Below are positions 6,451 through 14,241 of a stretch of 15,465 nt of DNA, in pieces. How positions within the stretch are numbered: the stretch's first letter is position 1; every line of letters starts with the position of its first letter. Source of the stretch: Acinetobacter johnsonii CIP 64.6 (GTDB lineage: Bacteria; Pseudomonadota; Gammaproteobacteria; Pseudomonadales; Moraxellaceae); contig NZ_KB849235.1 of the NCBI RefSeq assembly GCF_000368045.1, forward strand, positions 61,643 through 77,107, read 5' to 3'. The translations under genes were made by a program, and so were the position numbers. The notes under the pieces are model-generated. The model saw only the letters and a list, made by a program, of their open reading frames with translations. It had not been told where the DNA came from and did not search any database.

Positions 6451-7788
6451 ATGTTTGTCGTAAAAACAATTAAAATTTCAAAAAATTATTCAAATCAAAA
6501 TCACATAGTTCTACTGTTTGATACTTCAGCTACAGTACCTTGTCTCTATCCTTTACTCTATTCTACAACTGTCCTGCGATTTCAAAGTATTGCCACACAA
6601 CAATCAGACATGTTGGCACTTAAGTTTTGGTATGAATTTTGGTATCAGAAATATTCAACTTTGTTCTGTGAATCATTTTTTTCCTCCAAATATGAACCTG
6701 AGATTTTTTTGAATGAAATCGATAACTTTATTGTTTTCTTAGAAAATAATAAAAAATTAGAAACAAATTTGATTCGACTTCGATCAAATATTGAGACTAA
6801 CTATATGACCATTACACAGCGTTTGCGGTCAGTGTTTAAGTACTTCGGGTATCTTTTAGATGGATACTGGAACATACGCTATCAAGATATTAAAATCAAA
6901 GAGCTAACAAATCGTAGGAAAAAGATAGATTTGTTCTTAATGAACAAAAAAAAGATTTTTAGTAAATTTTCTAAACGTAGTTTAACTGTAAAAAGTAATA
7001 TTAATCATAATTTTAAAAGTTTAACCAATGAAATGGTGGTTATGCTTTATAAAATTATTCGTCCAGATCAGGCGGCTAATATTAATAAAGACAATCCATT
7101 CTCAACAAAATCACATCAACTTCGAAACTTTCTGATTGTGCATCTTATGATGAACTACGGTTTGCGGGTGGGTGAATTAATGCTACTCACAAAAAGATCG
7201 ATAAAAAAATCAATCAATTCTGATTCATATAGTCTCATAGTAACCAATACGGATGATGAACATGATTCCAGACAGAGAAAGCCTAGCATAAAAAATGAGC
7301 AATCTTACAGGGTTATAAAACTAGATAGCATGGATTATAAGTTTTTGATGTTGTATATGGAAAAGATAAGGAATCTTAATGATTCAGATATCTTGTTTAC
7401 ATCACTGAAACCGCCCTACTCCCCGCTGAGCTATTCGTCTATTAATGCGATTTTTAAGGTGATAGAGCAAGTTTTTAGGACCTTACATCCTATATATTTT
7501 GATGATATAAATATAGAATCGATTCAAAAGTTTACCCCTCATGTATGTCGTCATACATGGGCTTATATCACTTTGGCTTTTGCTATAAAAAAGTATCGAA
7601 ACGAAAGTGCATCTCCGCTAACTCAAAGCAATGATGAAATTATGCAAAAAGCACAAGAAAATCTACGTGTCTTAGGTGGTTGGAGTGCTAACAGCATAAT
7701 GCCAAGCTACTATGCAAAACGATTTATTGTCGATAGTGCCAATCTTATAAATTTGCAGCGTATATCGCAAGAATTATGGGAATTATAA
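6451..7788 (+). CDS. tyrosine recombinase 1 (Tn554 TnpA-like?), 445 aa from the first ATG
   Basis: Catalytic signature is visible: GLRVGEL (Arg), HVCRHTW (HxxR), LGGWS...SYY (Trp/Tyr). The ~230-aa N-terminal region is unassigned. Very AT-rich. The track ORF begins at TTG 6439. Confidence 0.8.
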   Translation: MFVVKTIKISKNYSNQNHIVLLFDTSATVPCLYPLLYSTTVLRFQSIATQQSDMLALKFWYEFWYQKYSTLFCESFFSSKYEPEIFLNEIDNFIVFLENNKKLETNLIRLRSNIETNYMTITQRLRSVFKYFGYLLDGYWNIRYQDIKIKELTNRRKKIDLFLMNKKKIFSKFSKRSLTVKSNINHNFKSLTNEMVVMLYKIIRPDQAANINKDNPFSTKSHQLRNFLIVHLMMNYGLRVGELMLLTKRSIKKSINSDSYSLIVTNTDDEHDSRQRKPSIKNEQSYRVIKLDSMDYKFLMLYMEKIRNLNDSDILFTSLKPPYSPLSYSSINAIFKVIEQVFRTLHPIYFDDINIESIQKFTPHVCRHTWAYITLAFAIKKYRNESASPLTQSNDEIMQKAQENLRVLGGWSANSIMPSYYAKRFIVDSANLINLQRISQELWEL

Positions 7789-7791
7789 AAA

Positions 7792-9342
7792 ATGAAGCAA
7801 TTTGAACTTTTTGATGATTTTCATGAGCAGCATTTCATATCAATCTTTAATGATCACCAGACGATTGCTCTTCAAGGTATGAGTAAAAAAATACCAAAAA
7901 TTGTTAGATTTTTAATTACAGATAAATTTGATGATAATTTTATCAATTCAGCAAATACTATTTGGAAATTTTATTATTCAGGCCAGACCGAGAATATTGA
8001 TTTTTCTAAACTTTCTGAAAATGAAACTACTTTACTTAAATTTTTTCTGATTTCATTTATTCAAAAAAATACGCCATCCCATTTGAGTAAAAAGTTTCAT
8101 ACTTTTAATTTTCTAATAAATCATCTAAAAAATAATGAATTAGAATTTAGTTACGCAAACTTAAAAAAATTATTGATAGAAATTGCACCTCTAGAAAATC
8201 ATCAAAATACTTATGCACATATAAAATTTTTATTGAAACTACTAATTTTAGAAGATTTTCCCAACTTTGATATAGAAGATGATTATGAACTGGAGTTTAT
8301 TCCTAGACCTAAATCTTTTAATTCAAATTTATTCTATCAAGAATATGAAGATTCTATTGATTACCCACTTATTTCAATGATTCAACAAGGTTTTATCAAA
8401 TTAAACCAAGTAATTAAAGATGATTTTAAACACATTGATAAACAAACACTACTTTACTCATCAATACTTGGTTTGGTGTATGTAACTGGGCTTAGACCTG
8501 TCCAATTAGCTAAGCTAGCTGTTGAAGATATAAAAATAGATACCACACGTACGATAGATCAATTCCATCGTTATAGCATATTAATCCCATATGCTAAACA
8601 AGCTAGATATGTACATGAAAAGATAGCAATTAAATTACCAGAAGAAGTTGCTAAAATCATCATTACTTATATCGAAAGATATAACTTAAATCTAAAAGAT
8701 AAGTTATTTGATTTAGGAGAAAATTCTGCATGCTTTTGCTCAAAAGTGATTAATACACAATTATTTGATTTTGCTCCTAAAGCCTACAGAGAAGCTGTAC
8801 TTGCAGGTGACATGATAAAACAAAAATATTCTTTTTCTGATTTTAGGCATCATGTCGGCTATAGTTTGGCAATGGCAGGATCTTCTGCTGAGGAAATTGC
8901 ATATATCTTAGGTCATTCTTCAGTGGTAACAGCTAGGCATTATATTTTCTCTACACCAGAGCTAGCTCAAATTAGAGCTCAAGCACTTGGAAATAATTCC
9001 TTGTACAAACAAATGATAGCTATGCTTCTCACTGGAAGGTTGATTTATAAGAAAGATTGGCATGGAAAAAAAGTATTAGGAAATATTGGTAGTAAAATTC
9101 ATTATGATATAGGTGGGTGTTCATATGAAGACAAATGTCTATTTCAACCTGTTCGCAATTGTTATGGTTGTATGTATTTCCATCCCTTTATAGATGCTAA
9201 TCACAGGAATGTGCTAGAAAGTATCCAAAATGAAATTAATGATTTGATCAAACTGTCAGATGGTATAGGGGCGAATTCAAACATGAGGTGCGACAGTTTG
9301 AAAAGTCTTATGATAATCAACAAGCTGAGCAAATTTCTCTAA
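7792..9342 (+). CDS. tyrosine recombinase 2 (Tn554 TnpB-like?), 3' end interrupted by an IS
   Basis: GLRPVQL (Arg), SDFRHH (Arg-His box with the first His replaced), LGHSSVVTARHY (His/Tyr), then a Cys cluster GGCSYEDKC...NCYGCMYFHP. Native sequence ends at 9269. Codons 9270-9342 (ANSNMRCDSLKSLMIINKLSKFL) read through into the IS. Confidence 0.8.
   Translation: MKQFELFDDFHEQHFISIFNDHQTIALQGMSKKIPKIVRFLITDKFDDNFINSANTIWKFYYSGQTENIDFSKLSENETTLLKFFLISFIQKNTPSHLSKKFHTFNFLINHLKNNELEFSYANLKKLLIEIAPLENHQNTYAHIKFLLKLLILEDFPNFDIEDDYELEFIPRPKSFNSNLFYQEYEDSIDYPLISMIQQGFIKLNQVIKDDFKHIDKQTLLYSSILGLVYVTGLRPVQLAKLAVEDIKIDTTRTIDQFHRYSILIPYAKQARYVHEKIAIKLPEEVAKIIITYIERYNLNLKDKLFDLGENSACFCSKVINTQLFDFAPKAYREAVLAGDMIKQKYSFSDFRHHVGYSLAMAGSSAEEIAYILGHSSVVTARHYIFSTPELAQIRAQALGNNSLYKQMIAMLLTGRLIYKKDWHGKKVLGNIGSKIHYDIGGCSYEDKCLFQPVRNCYGCMYFHPFIDANHRNVLESIQNEINDLIKLSDGIGANSNMRCDSLKSLMIINKLSKFL
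9252..9280 (-). promoter_or_regulatory. possible outward hybrid promoter at the ISAba125-like end
   Basis: On the minus strand: TTGAAT (in the IS, 9275-9280), 17-nt spacer, GACAGT (flank, 9252-9257). The geometry matches the TTGAAT-17-TACAGT promoter I recall upstream of blaNDM-1. Confidence 0.3.
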
Positions 9343-10356
9343 TGGTGTAAGCCAATCTAACGCTTTTCTAGGACGAGTATTCAGTGACATGGCAACTTGA
9401 TTTAAATAATGCTGATCTGCCTGATTTAAATCAATCCCTTTAGGTAAATATTGCCTAATTAAACCATTCATATTTTCGCATGTGCCTTTTTGCCAGGGTG
9501 AATGTGGGTCACAGAAATATACATCTATGCCTAAATCTTCTTCAAGTATTTTATGTTCTGCCATCTCGCGTCCACGGTCATAGGTCAACGTTTTACGCAG
9601 TTCTGCAGGTAAATATTTCAGAGCTTCAGTTAAAGCCTTGCGCACTGATTCTGCCTTTGCATCAGGTAATGTTGCCAAGATACAGAGCCGTGTATTTCGT
9701 TCAATAAGTGTTGCTATCGAACTTTTATTGTCTTTACCTTTAATTAAATCAGCTTCCCAATGACCCGGTATTTTTCTTTCTTGAACTTCGGCTGGGCGCT
9801 CATGAATAGTTTTAATATCCTGTAATATAGAATCTTTTTTAGGTTCACCGTTAGCTTTTCGCTTTTTATTTTCATGACGCAGACAGGATAATAAGTCTTT
9901 TTTCAACTCACCCTTTGGTAATGCTCGTATCGTTGAATAAATCGTTGTATGGCTTACATTCATTGTTTGATCCAAATCAGGAAATGTCTTTAAACGTTTT
10001 GCTATTTGCTGAGGAGACCATAAACAACGGATCGCTTCAACAATAAATTTCCAGAGGATTGAATCGATTTTGAGTTTTCTGTGACCACGTCTACGTCTAG
10101 CGAAGGTGTTATCAGAAGCATATTGAGCTTGATAAACGTCATTGATGCTATTTCTTTTAAGCTCACGATAGATCGTACTAGGATGTCTTTTAATGAGTTC
10201 AGCAAATTTTCTGGCTGAAAAGCCTTCTTTTCTTGACTCAAGCATTAATGCAGTACGATCTTCAAAGTTAAGATGATGGTATGACAATTTTATATACTCC
10301 ATAAACCCTTTAAATTAATTAGGTGGTTTATGTCGCACTTCAAGTTTTACTCTGCC
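9270..10356 (-). mobile_element. IS30-family insertion sequence, ISAba125-like (1087 bp)
   Basis: Imperfect terminal inverted repeats GGCGAATTCAAACATGAGGTGCGACA (9270-) and GGCAGAGTAAAACTTGAAGTGCGACA (complement of -10356). AGG is duplicated at 9267-9269 and 10357-10359. The 1087-bp length and the end sequence ...GTTTGAATTCGCC fit ISAba125 as I remember it. Confidence 0.85.
9277..10302 (-). CDS. IS30-family transposase
   Basis: 341 aa. N-terminal HTH region (ARKFAELIKRHPSTIYRELKRN) and a DDE core region (GHWEADLI ... TYDRGREM ... NMNGLIRQYLPKG). The stop codon lies inside the terminal IR. Confidence 0.9.
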   Translation of the reverse strand: MEYIKLSYHHLNFEDRTALMLESRKEGFSARKFAELIKRHPSTIYRELKRNSINDVYQAQYASDNTFARRRRGHRKLKIDSILWKFIVEAIRCLWSPQQIAKRLKTFPDLDQTMNVSHTTIYSTIRALPKGELKKDLLSCLRHENKKRKANGEPKKDSILQDIKTIHERPAEVQERKIPGHWEADLIKGKDNKSSIATLIERNTRLCILATLPDAKAESVRKALTEALKYLPAELRKTLTYDRGREMAEHKILEEDLGIDVYFCDPHSPWQKGTCENMNGLIRQYLPKGIDLNQADQHYLNQVAMSLNTRPRKALDWLTPLEKFAQLVDYHKTFQTVAPHV

Positions 10357-10414
10357 AGGTCTTTATTTCAATAAAATTAAACAATTTAAACCACCAACTT
10401 ATCCGAACCCATAA
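10357..10414 (+). pseudogene. displaced 3' end of tyrosine recombinase 2
   Basis: Removing 9270-10359 joins GGT ATA GG to T CTT TAT TTC ... in frame. This gives ...GIGLYFNKIKQFKPPTYPNP-stop, with TAA at 10412-10414. Confidence 0.6.
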
Positions 10415-10621
10415 TTACAACCAAACCACCCTCAAGTTAATAATTTACACTTTCAAATAATTAGCACTATAAAAAACAAAAAAAATTAAGATAGTAAAAT
10501 ATATTTAACACGTTAAAATTCAAAAAACTCAACTTTATAAAAATACATACCCCTCACATCAAACCATTTTACACTAGTGGTTTTTTAAAATTAAAACATT
10601 TGAAATCATAACAACCTCTTC

Positions 10622-10780
10622 ATTGAAGGCTTAAGTCGTAAAATTGAAATTAGATGTTTTTGTATAGATCCAAGTGTTAAGTCATCATTACGGTTTTTAC
10701 GTACCACACCATGGGCACGTGAAAAAGTTGAAAGCTTATATTTGTATGTCTTACGTCAAAAAGCCAAACAAAAATCGTAG
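10622..10780 (+). pseudogene. 5'-truncated DUF2132/VF530-like gene remnant
   Basis: The frame is open from 10604 with no start codon. [40 protein letters not shown] matches my recollection of the C-terminal half of DUF2132 proteins (...RCF..DPS.KSSLKFLRKTPWAR.KVE.LYL). TAG at 10778-10780. Confidence 0.45.
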
Positions 10781-10829
10781 CTATCAAAACTCAGCATAAT
10801 ATTTTATACCAAACAGTAAACTAAACTTA

Positions 10830-10905
10830 TTGAATAGCCAATGATTTTGTAGACACCTTTTAATTGGTGGTGGGCTGCCACCACTCTCCTGGCAAAATTT
10901 AGTCT
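10830..10905 (+). repeat. 76-bp repeat, copy A (hairpin-containing)
   Basis: 68 of 76 positions are identical to 14242-14317 in direct orientation. Contains the hairpin GTGGTGG-GCTG-CCACCAC (10867-10884). Confidence 0.75.
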
Positions 10906-10993
10906 ATATCCCTATGGTTTATTTAAAAACTTATTTTCTATCTTTACTAGGCTCTATGATCAAAATCATACTGGCACTCAACACTGTAAATTT

Positions 10994-11025
10994 GAGAATG
11001 AATCTGTACGTACAGACTCATTCTC
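10994..11025. terminator. 32-bp palindrome between convergent genes (possible bidirectional terminator)
   Basis: GAGAATGAATCTGTAC / GTACAGACTCATTCTC, 15 of 16 positions paired. It lies 80 nt downstream of the butanediol dehydrogenase stop. No strong U-tract. Confidence 0.35.
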
Positions 11026-11103
11026 TATCGATAAAGATATTAGAAATAGCTACATAGAGTTTATTTCTAGCTTATTCAAATTAGTCGTTCAAATTAGGCT
11101 TTA

Positions 11104-12162
11104 CTACGGATGAACAATAATTTTTACAGCAGACTCATTATTATGAATCAGCGTTTCAAAGCCTTTAGAAACAAGATCATCTAATGCAATACGTTGGGTA
11201 ATAAAAGGTTCTAGATTAATCTTACCTTGCTCGACTAAACGGATGGTTTCCTGATGGTCATTGACATAAGCAATCGTTCCACGAATATCGAGCTCTTTCA
11301 TGACCACACTATGCACATTAATTGTGGCAGGATGGCTCCAAATCGAAACGATAACGACCACACCAGTTGGTTTCATCGCCGCCACCAGTGTATCCATGAC
11401 TTTATTAACACTACTACATTCAAAAGCGACATCAACACCACGGTCTTCCGTAATTTTCATCACTTCAGCGACCACATCAACCTTAGATGGATCTAGCACA
11501 TAATCTGCAACACCCGCTTCTATCGCTTTTTCTTTACGCTTTGCACTCAATTCAGTAATGATGACCGTGAGACCTTTAGCCTTTAAAATGGCTGATAAAA
11601 GTAAGCCTATAGGGCCTGCTCCACCAACCAGTGCTATATCGCCAGCTTTTGCACCACTTCTGACATAGGCATGATGACCGACAGATAAAGGTTCTATCAA
11701 TGCGGCCTGATCTAAGGGAATATCATTTGAAATAGGATGTACCCAACGTCGTTGAACTGCAATTTTATCAGAAAGACCGCCGCCACGTCCGCCTAAACCA
11801 ATAAAGTTCATATTTTTTGATAAATGATACTTATCATTCGGGCCAGTCGGGACATCATCCGCAATAATATAGGGTTCAACTACGACATGTTGTCCAATTT
11901 GGATATCGTCTACACCCTCACCAACTGCATAAACTACGCCTGAAAATTCATGTCCCATTGTTACAGGTGCAGATTCTCCCGAAATTGGATGTGGATGACC
12001 ACAAGGTGGAATAAAAATAGGGCCTTCCATGAATTCATGTAAATCTGTACCGCAAATACCGCACCATGCAACTTGAATTCCAACTGTGCCTGGAAGTACT
12101 TTCGGTTCAGGGATATCTTCAATTCGAATATCCCCTCGATCATAAAAACGAGCTGCTTTCAT
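11104..12162 (-). CDS. bdhA: (R,R)-2,3-butanediol dehydrogenase, Zn-dependent MDR family
   Basis: 352 aa. CGICGTDLHE zinc-ligand motif, GHEFSG, and the Rossmann motif LVGGAGPIGLL. It follows an acetoin-reductase gene and an E3 gene remnant, the usual aco-bud arrangement. Confidence 0.85.
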   Translation of the reverse strand: MKAARFYDRGDIRIEDIPEPKVLPGTVGIQVAWCGICGTDLHEFMEGPIFIPPCGHPHPISGESAPVTMGHEFSGVVYAVGEGVDDIQIGQHVVVEPYIIADDVPTGPNDKYHLSKNMNFIGLGGRGGGLSDKIAVQRRWVHPISNDIPLDQAALIEPLSVGHHAYVRSGAKAGDIALVGGAGPIGLLLSAILKAKGLTVIITELSAKRKEKAIEAGVADYVLDPSKVDVVAEVMKITEDRGVDVAFECSSVNKVMDTLVAAMKPTGVVVIVSIWSHPATINVHSVVMKELDIRGTIAYVNDHQETIRLVEQGKINLEPFITQRIALDDLVSKGFETLIHNNESAVKIIVHP

Positions 12163-12183
12163 TGTGTATTCCTCATGTTGATA

Positions 12184-12969
12184 TTAACGGTAAACCATTC
12201 CACCATCTGTCAAAATAGACTGACCTGTAATATAGTTTGCATCCTCGCTGGCTAAAAATGCAACTAATGCAGCCACGTCATCTGGTGTTTCAGCACGTCC
12301 TAAAGCAATACCATCTACATATTTTTTATACGTTTGACCAATTGGTGCACCTGTAATTTCAGAGAACCGCTGATCTATTTCGACCCACATGTCAGTACCA
12401 ACAACACCCGGACAATAACTATTTACAGTAATTTCAACACTGGCATATTCTTTAGCCGCAGCTTGCGTCAATGCACGAACTGCAAATTTAGTTGCCGAAT
12501 AAACACCGAGTAAAGCAAAGCCTTCATGACCTGCTATTGAGCATGCATTAATAATTTTTCCAGCCTGTTGGCGTTGTTTAAATTTATTTGCTGCGGCTTG
12601 AATCCCCCAAAGTACACCACCGACATTGATGTTTATAATTTGGTTAAATTCACTCGGCGTTACTTCTGCCAAAGCTTTGACTTGTGCAATACCTGCATTA
12701 TTAATCATGATATCAAAACCATTAAGTGTCGATTCTGCATGATTAATAGCGTCACTGATTTGTATTGAATCTGAAATATCCGCAATAAATGTGGTGGCTT
12801 TTACGCCAAAGGCTTCAACCTCTTGTTGAACAGTATTTAACTTTTCTTGGTGAAGATCGACCAATCCAATATGAACACCTTCTTGTGCTAAACGTAAGGC
12901 AATACCGCGTCCAATACCTTGTGCCGCACCCGTAATTAATGCAACTTTATTGTTTAAACCTCTAGGCAT
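12184..12969 (-). CDS. budC: acetoin reductase / meso- or (S,S)-butanediol dehydrogenase (classical SDR)
   Basis: 261 aa. TGAAQGIGRGIA cofactor motif, NNAG, and the catalytic YSATK. Confidence 0.8.
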   Translation of the reverse strand: MPRGLNNKVALITGAAQGIGRGIALRLAQEGVHIGLVDLHQEKLNTVQQEVEAFGVKATTFIADISDSIQISDAINHAESTLNGFDIMINNAGIAQVKALAEVTPSEFNQIININVGGVLWGIQAAANKFKQRQQAGKIINACSIAGHEGFALLGVYSATKFAVRALTQAAAKEYASVEITVNSYCPGVVGTDMWVEIDQRFSEITGAPIGQTYKKYVDGIALGRAETPDDVAALVAFLASEDANYITGQSILTDGGMVYR

Positions 12970-12980
12970 GTTGCGACTCC

Positions 12981-13266
12981 TTAAATATGGATTGCACGTT
13001 GCATCGCCGACAAGACCGACTCATGCATCGCCTCAGACAAAGTAGGATGAGGGAAAATGACCTGCGCCAAGCTTTCATCTGTAGCTTCTAGGTATTTCGC
13101 GATGGCAAACCCTTGAATGTGTTCGGTGACTTCATGTCCAACCATGTGAGCACCCAACAATTCACCTGTTTCCTGACTAAAAATGGTTTTAACAAATCCT
13201 GCGCTATCGCCCAAAGCCAATGCTTTACCATTCGCTTGTAAAGGAAACTTACCCACATTGATATTC
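12981..13266 (-). pseudogene. 3' fragment of a dihydrolipoamide dehydrogenase (E3, acoL/lpd-like) truncated by an IS
   Basis: GFVKTIFSQETGELLGAHMVGHEVTEHIQ ... FPHPTLSEAMHES is the C-terminal dimerisation domain of an E3 enzyme. The first 14 residues of the track ORF (13267-13307) are encoded by the IS end. Confidence 0.8.
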
Positions 13267-14054
13267 GGTGGTGTTTTAAAAAGTATGCTGACATTAAATG
13301 AAGCCATTATTGATGTAAAAGAAGGTTAAGTCGAAGGCTTTAAAATGGTTTTCAAGCTTTTTGGAGAAATTACAACTTCTTCTAAAACCACGCCTTATTC
13401 GATGCCTTATTTTGCAATTATTACCTTCAATTCCTACAGTAAAAAACTTACCAATACTTTGCTTGCAGTTTTTAAAAGCAGTGATGAAACTGTCCCAATG
13501 ATCACTTGCAATTCGGGTGTAGTGAATACCTAATTGTTTAAGCTTTGTCTTCAACCTTTGGACTGTAGCTAAATCTCTCTTACCCCAAACATAAGCAACA
13601 ATCTCACCTGTTTCTCGATGGTAAGCGTAAATAAGCCATTGTTTATTATTTTTATTTCCAACAAAAGTCCAGAATTCATCTACTTCGAGAGATTCATAAT
13701 GACTTTGTTTAGGCTGAATTTGATAGGCCGATTCAGTTAAAGTCCGTAAGACTTTACCGATACTAATGCGCTCAACTTCAGCGATATCTCGTATACCGCT
13801 GCCTCTGACCATTAACTGTAATATTTTACGAGTAATGCCAGAATTACATCCTAGATAGCTCAGAGCATGGTCACCAATAAACTGACGTTTGCAGTCTTTG
13901 CATTGGTAGTTCTGTTTCCCATCTACTTTGATGCCATTTTTCTTTATATTGTCACTGAGGCAGGTTGGACATTTGATTTCTAGAGTTATTTGCATTTCTC
14001 TATTTTATCAAAATTCAACCTGCTTTTTTTTAGCATACTTTTTGATACACCACC
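13267..14054 (-). mobile_element. IS1-family insertion sequence, ISAba3-like (788 bp)
   Basis: Terminal inverted repeats GGTGGTGTTTTAAAAAGTATGCTG (13267-) and GGTGGTGTATCAAAAAGTATGCTA (complement of -14054), 21/24 identical. The flanks (TTGATATTC / AAAACTTGA) show no target duplication. Confidence 0.8.
13294..13995 (-). CDS. IS1-family transposase (single ORF, ISAba3-like)
   Basis: 233 aa. N-terminal zinc finger CPTCLS...CKDCKRQF, an HTH region, and a DDE core (EVDEFWTF ... DHWDSF). Confidence 0.85.
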   Translation of the reverse strand: MQITLEIKCPTCLSDNIKKNGIKVDGKQNYQCKDCKRQFIGDHALSYLGCNSGITRKILQLMVRGSGIRDIAEVERISIGKVLRTLTESAYQIQPKQSHYESLEVDEFWTFVGNKNNKQWLIYAYHRETGEIVAYVWGKRDLATVQRLKTKLKQLGIHYTRIASDHWDSFITAFKNCKQSIGKFFTVGIEGNNCKIRHRIRRGFRRSCNFSKKLENHFKAFDLTFFYINNGFI

Positions 14055-14079
14055 AAAACTTGAAGTAATCTTCAGTTTA

Positions 14080-14117
14080 GCCAAGTTGTGCTGACTCAAA
14101 CCAACTTGGCATTTTTT
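14080..14117 (+). terminator. orphan rho-independent terminator
   Basis: GCCAAGTTG (14080-14088) pairs with CAACTTGGC (14102-14110), followed by ATTTTTT. No gene remains upstream because the IS end lies at 14054. Confidence 0.5.
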
Positions 14118-14241
14118 AATTGAAAGTCCATATTATTGCCCAACCATGATGAGAACGAAAAATAAAGTTAGCCTTATTCTGATTACATTAGACAGATTTT
14201 TACCATCTGTACTACTTTACATCGTCCTCAATTTGGACACT

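Noticed and set aside
6518-6712. 64-aa plus-strand ORF overlapping recombinase 1 in another frame
   Set aside because: It is an internal out-of-frame ORF within a gene that has a recognisable catalytic domain.
9480-10241. ORFs 9480..9707 (+) and 10002..10241 (-) inside the IS30-family transposase gene
   Set aside because: They are shadow or alternative frames of the transposase gene. The 1087-bp IS has room for only one gene.
157-10594. 13-nt inverted match TTAATTTTAAAAA (157-169) / TTTTTAAAATTAA (10582-10594) as possible terminal inverted repeats of the whole phage-plus-recombinase block
   Set aside because: It is pure A/T low-complexity sequence and the similarity does not extend on either side. 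A chance match in AT-rich DNA is likely.
10866-10890. Resemblance of GGTGGTGGGCTGCCACCAC in the 76-bp repeat to IS1-type terminal repeats (GGTGATGCTGCCAAC)
   Set aside because: The match is only a short, gapped similarity, and it differs from the IRs of the IS1-family element present here. That is not enough to call it a solo IR or MITE.
11254-12768. Short ORFs 11254..11496, 11300..11503, 11961..12143, 12073..12255 and 12568..12768 overlapping bdh/budC
   Set aside because: All are antisense or out of frame relative to two well-supported dehydrogenase genes.
13267-13307. Apparent start codon and first 14 residues of the E3-fragment ORF
   Set aside because: This sequence is the terminal inverted repeat of the IS, not native gene sequence. 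I treat the ORF as a truncated pseudogene, although a chimeric product cannot be excluded.
13088-13533. ORFs 13088..13294 (-) and 13345..13533 (+)
   Set aside because: These are an out-of-frame reading of the E3 remnant and an antisense reading of the IS1-family transposase gene.
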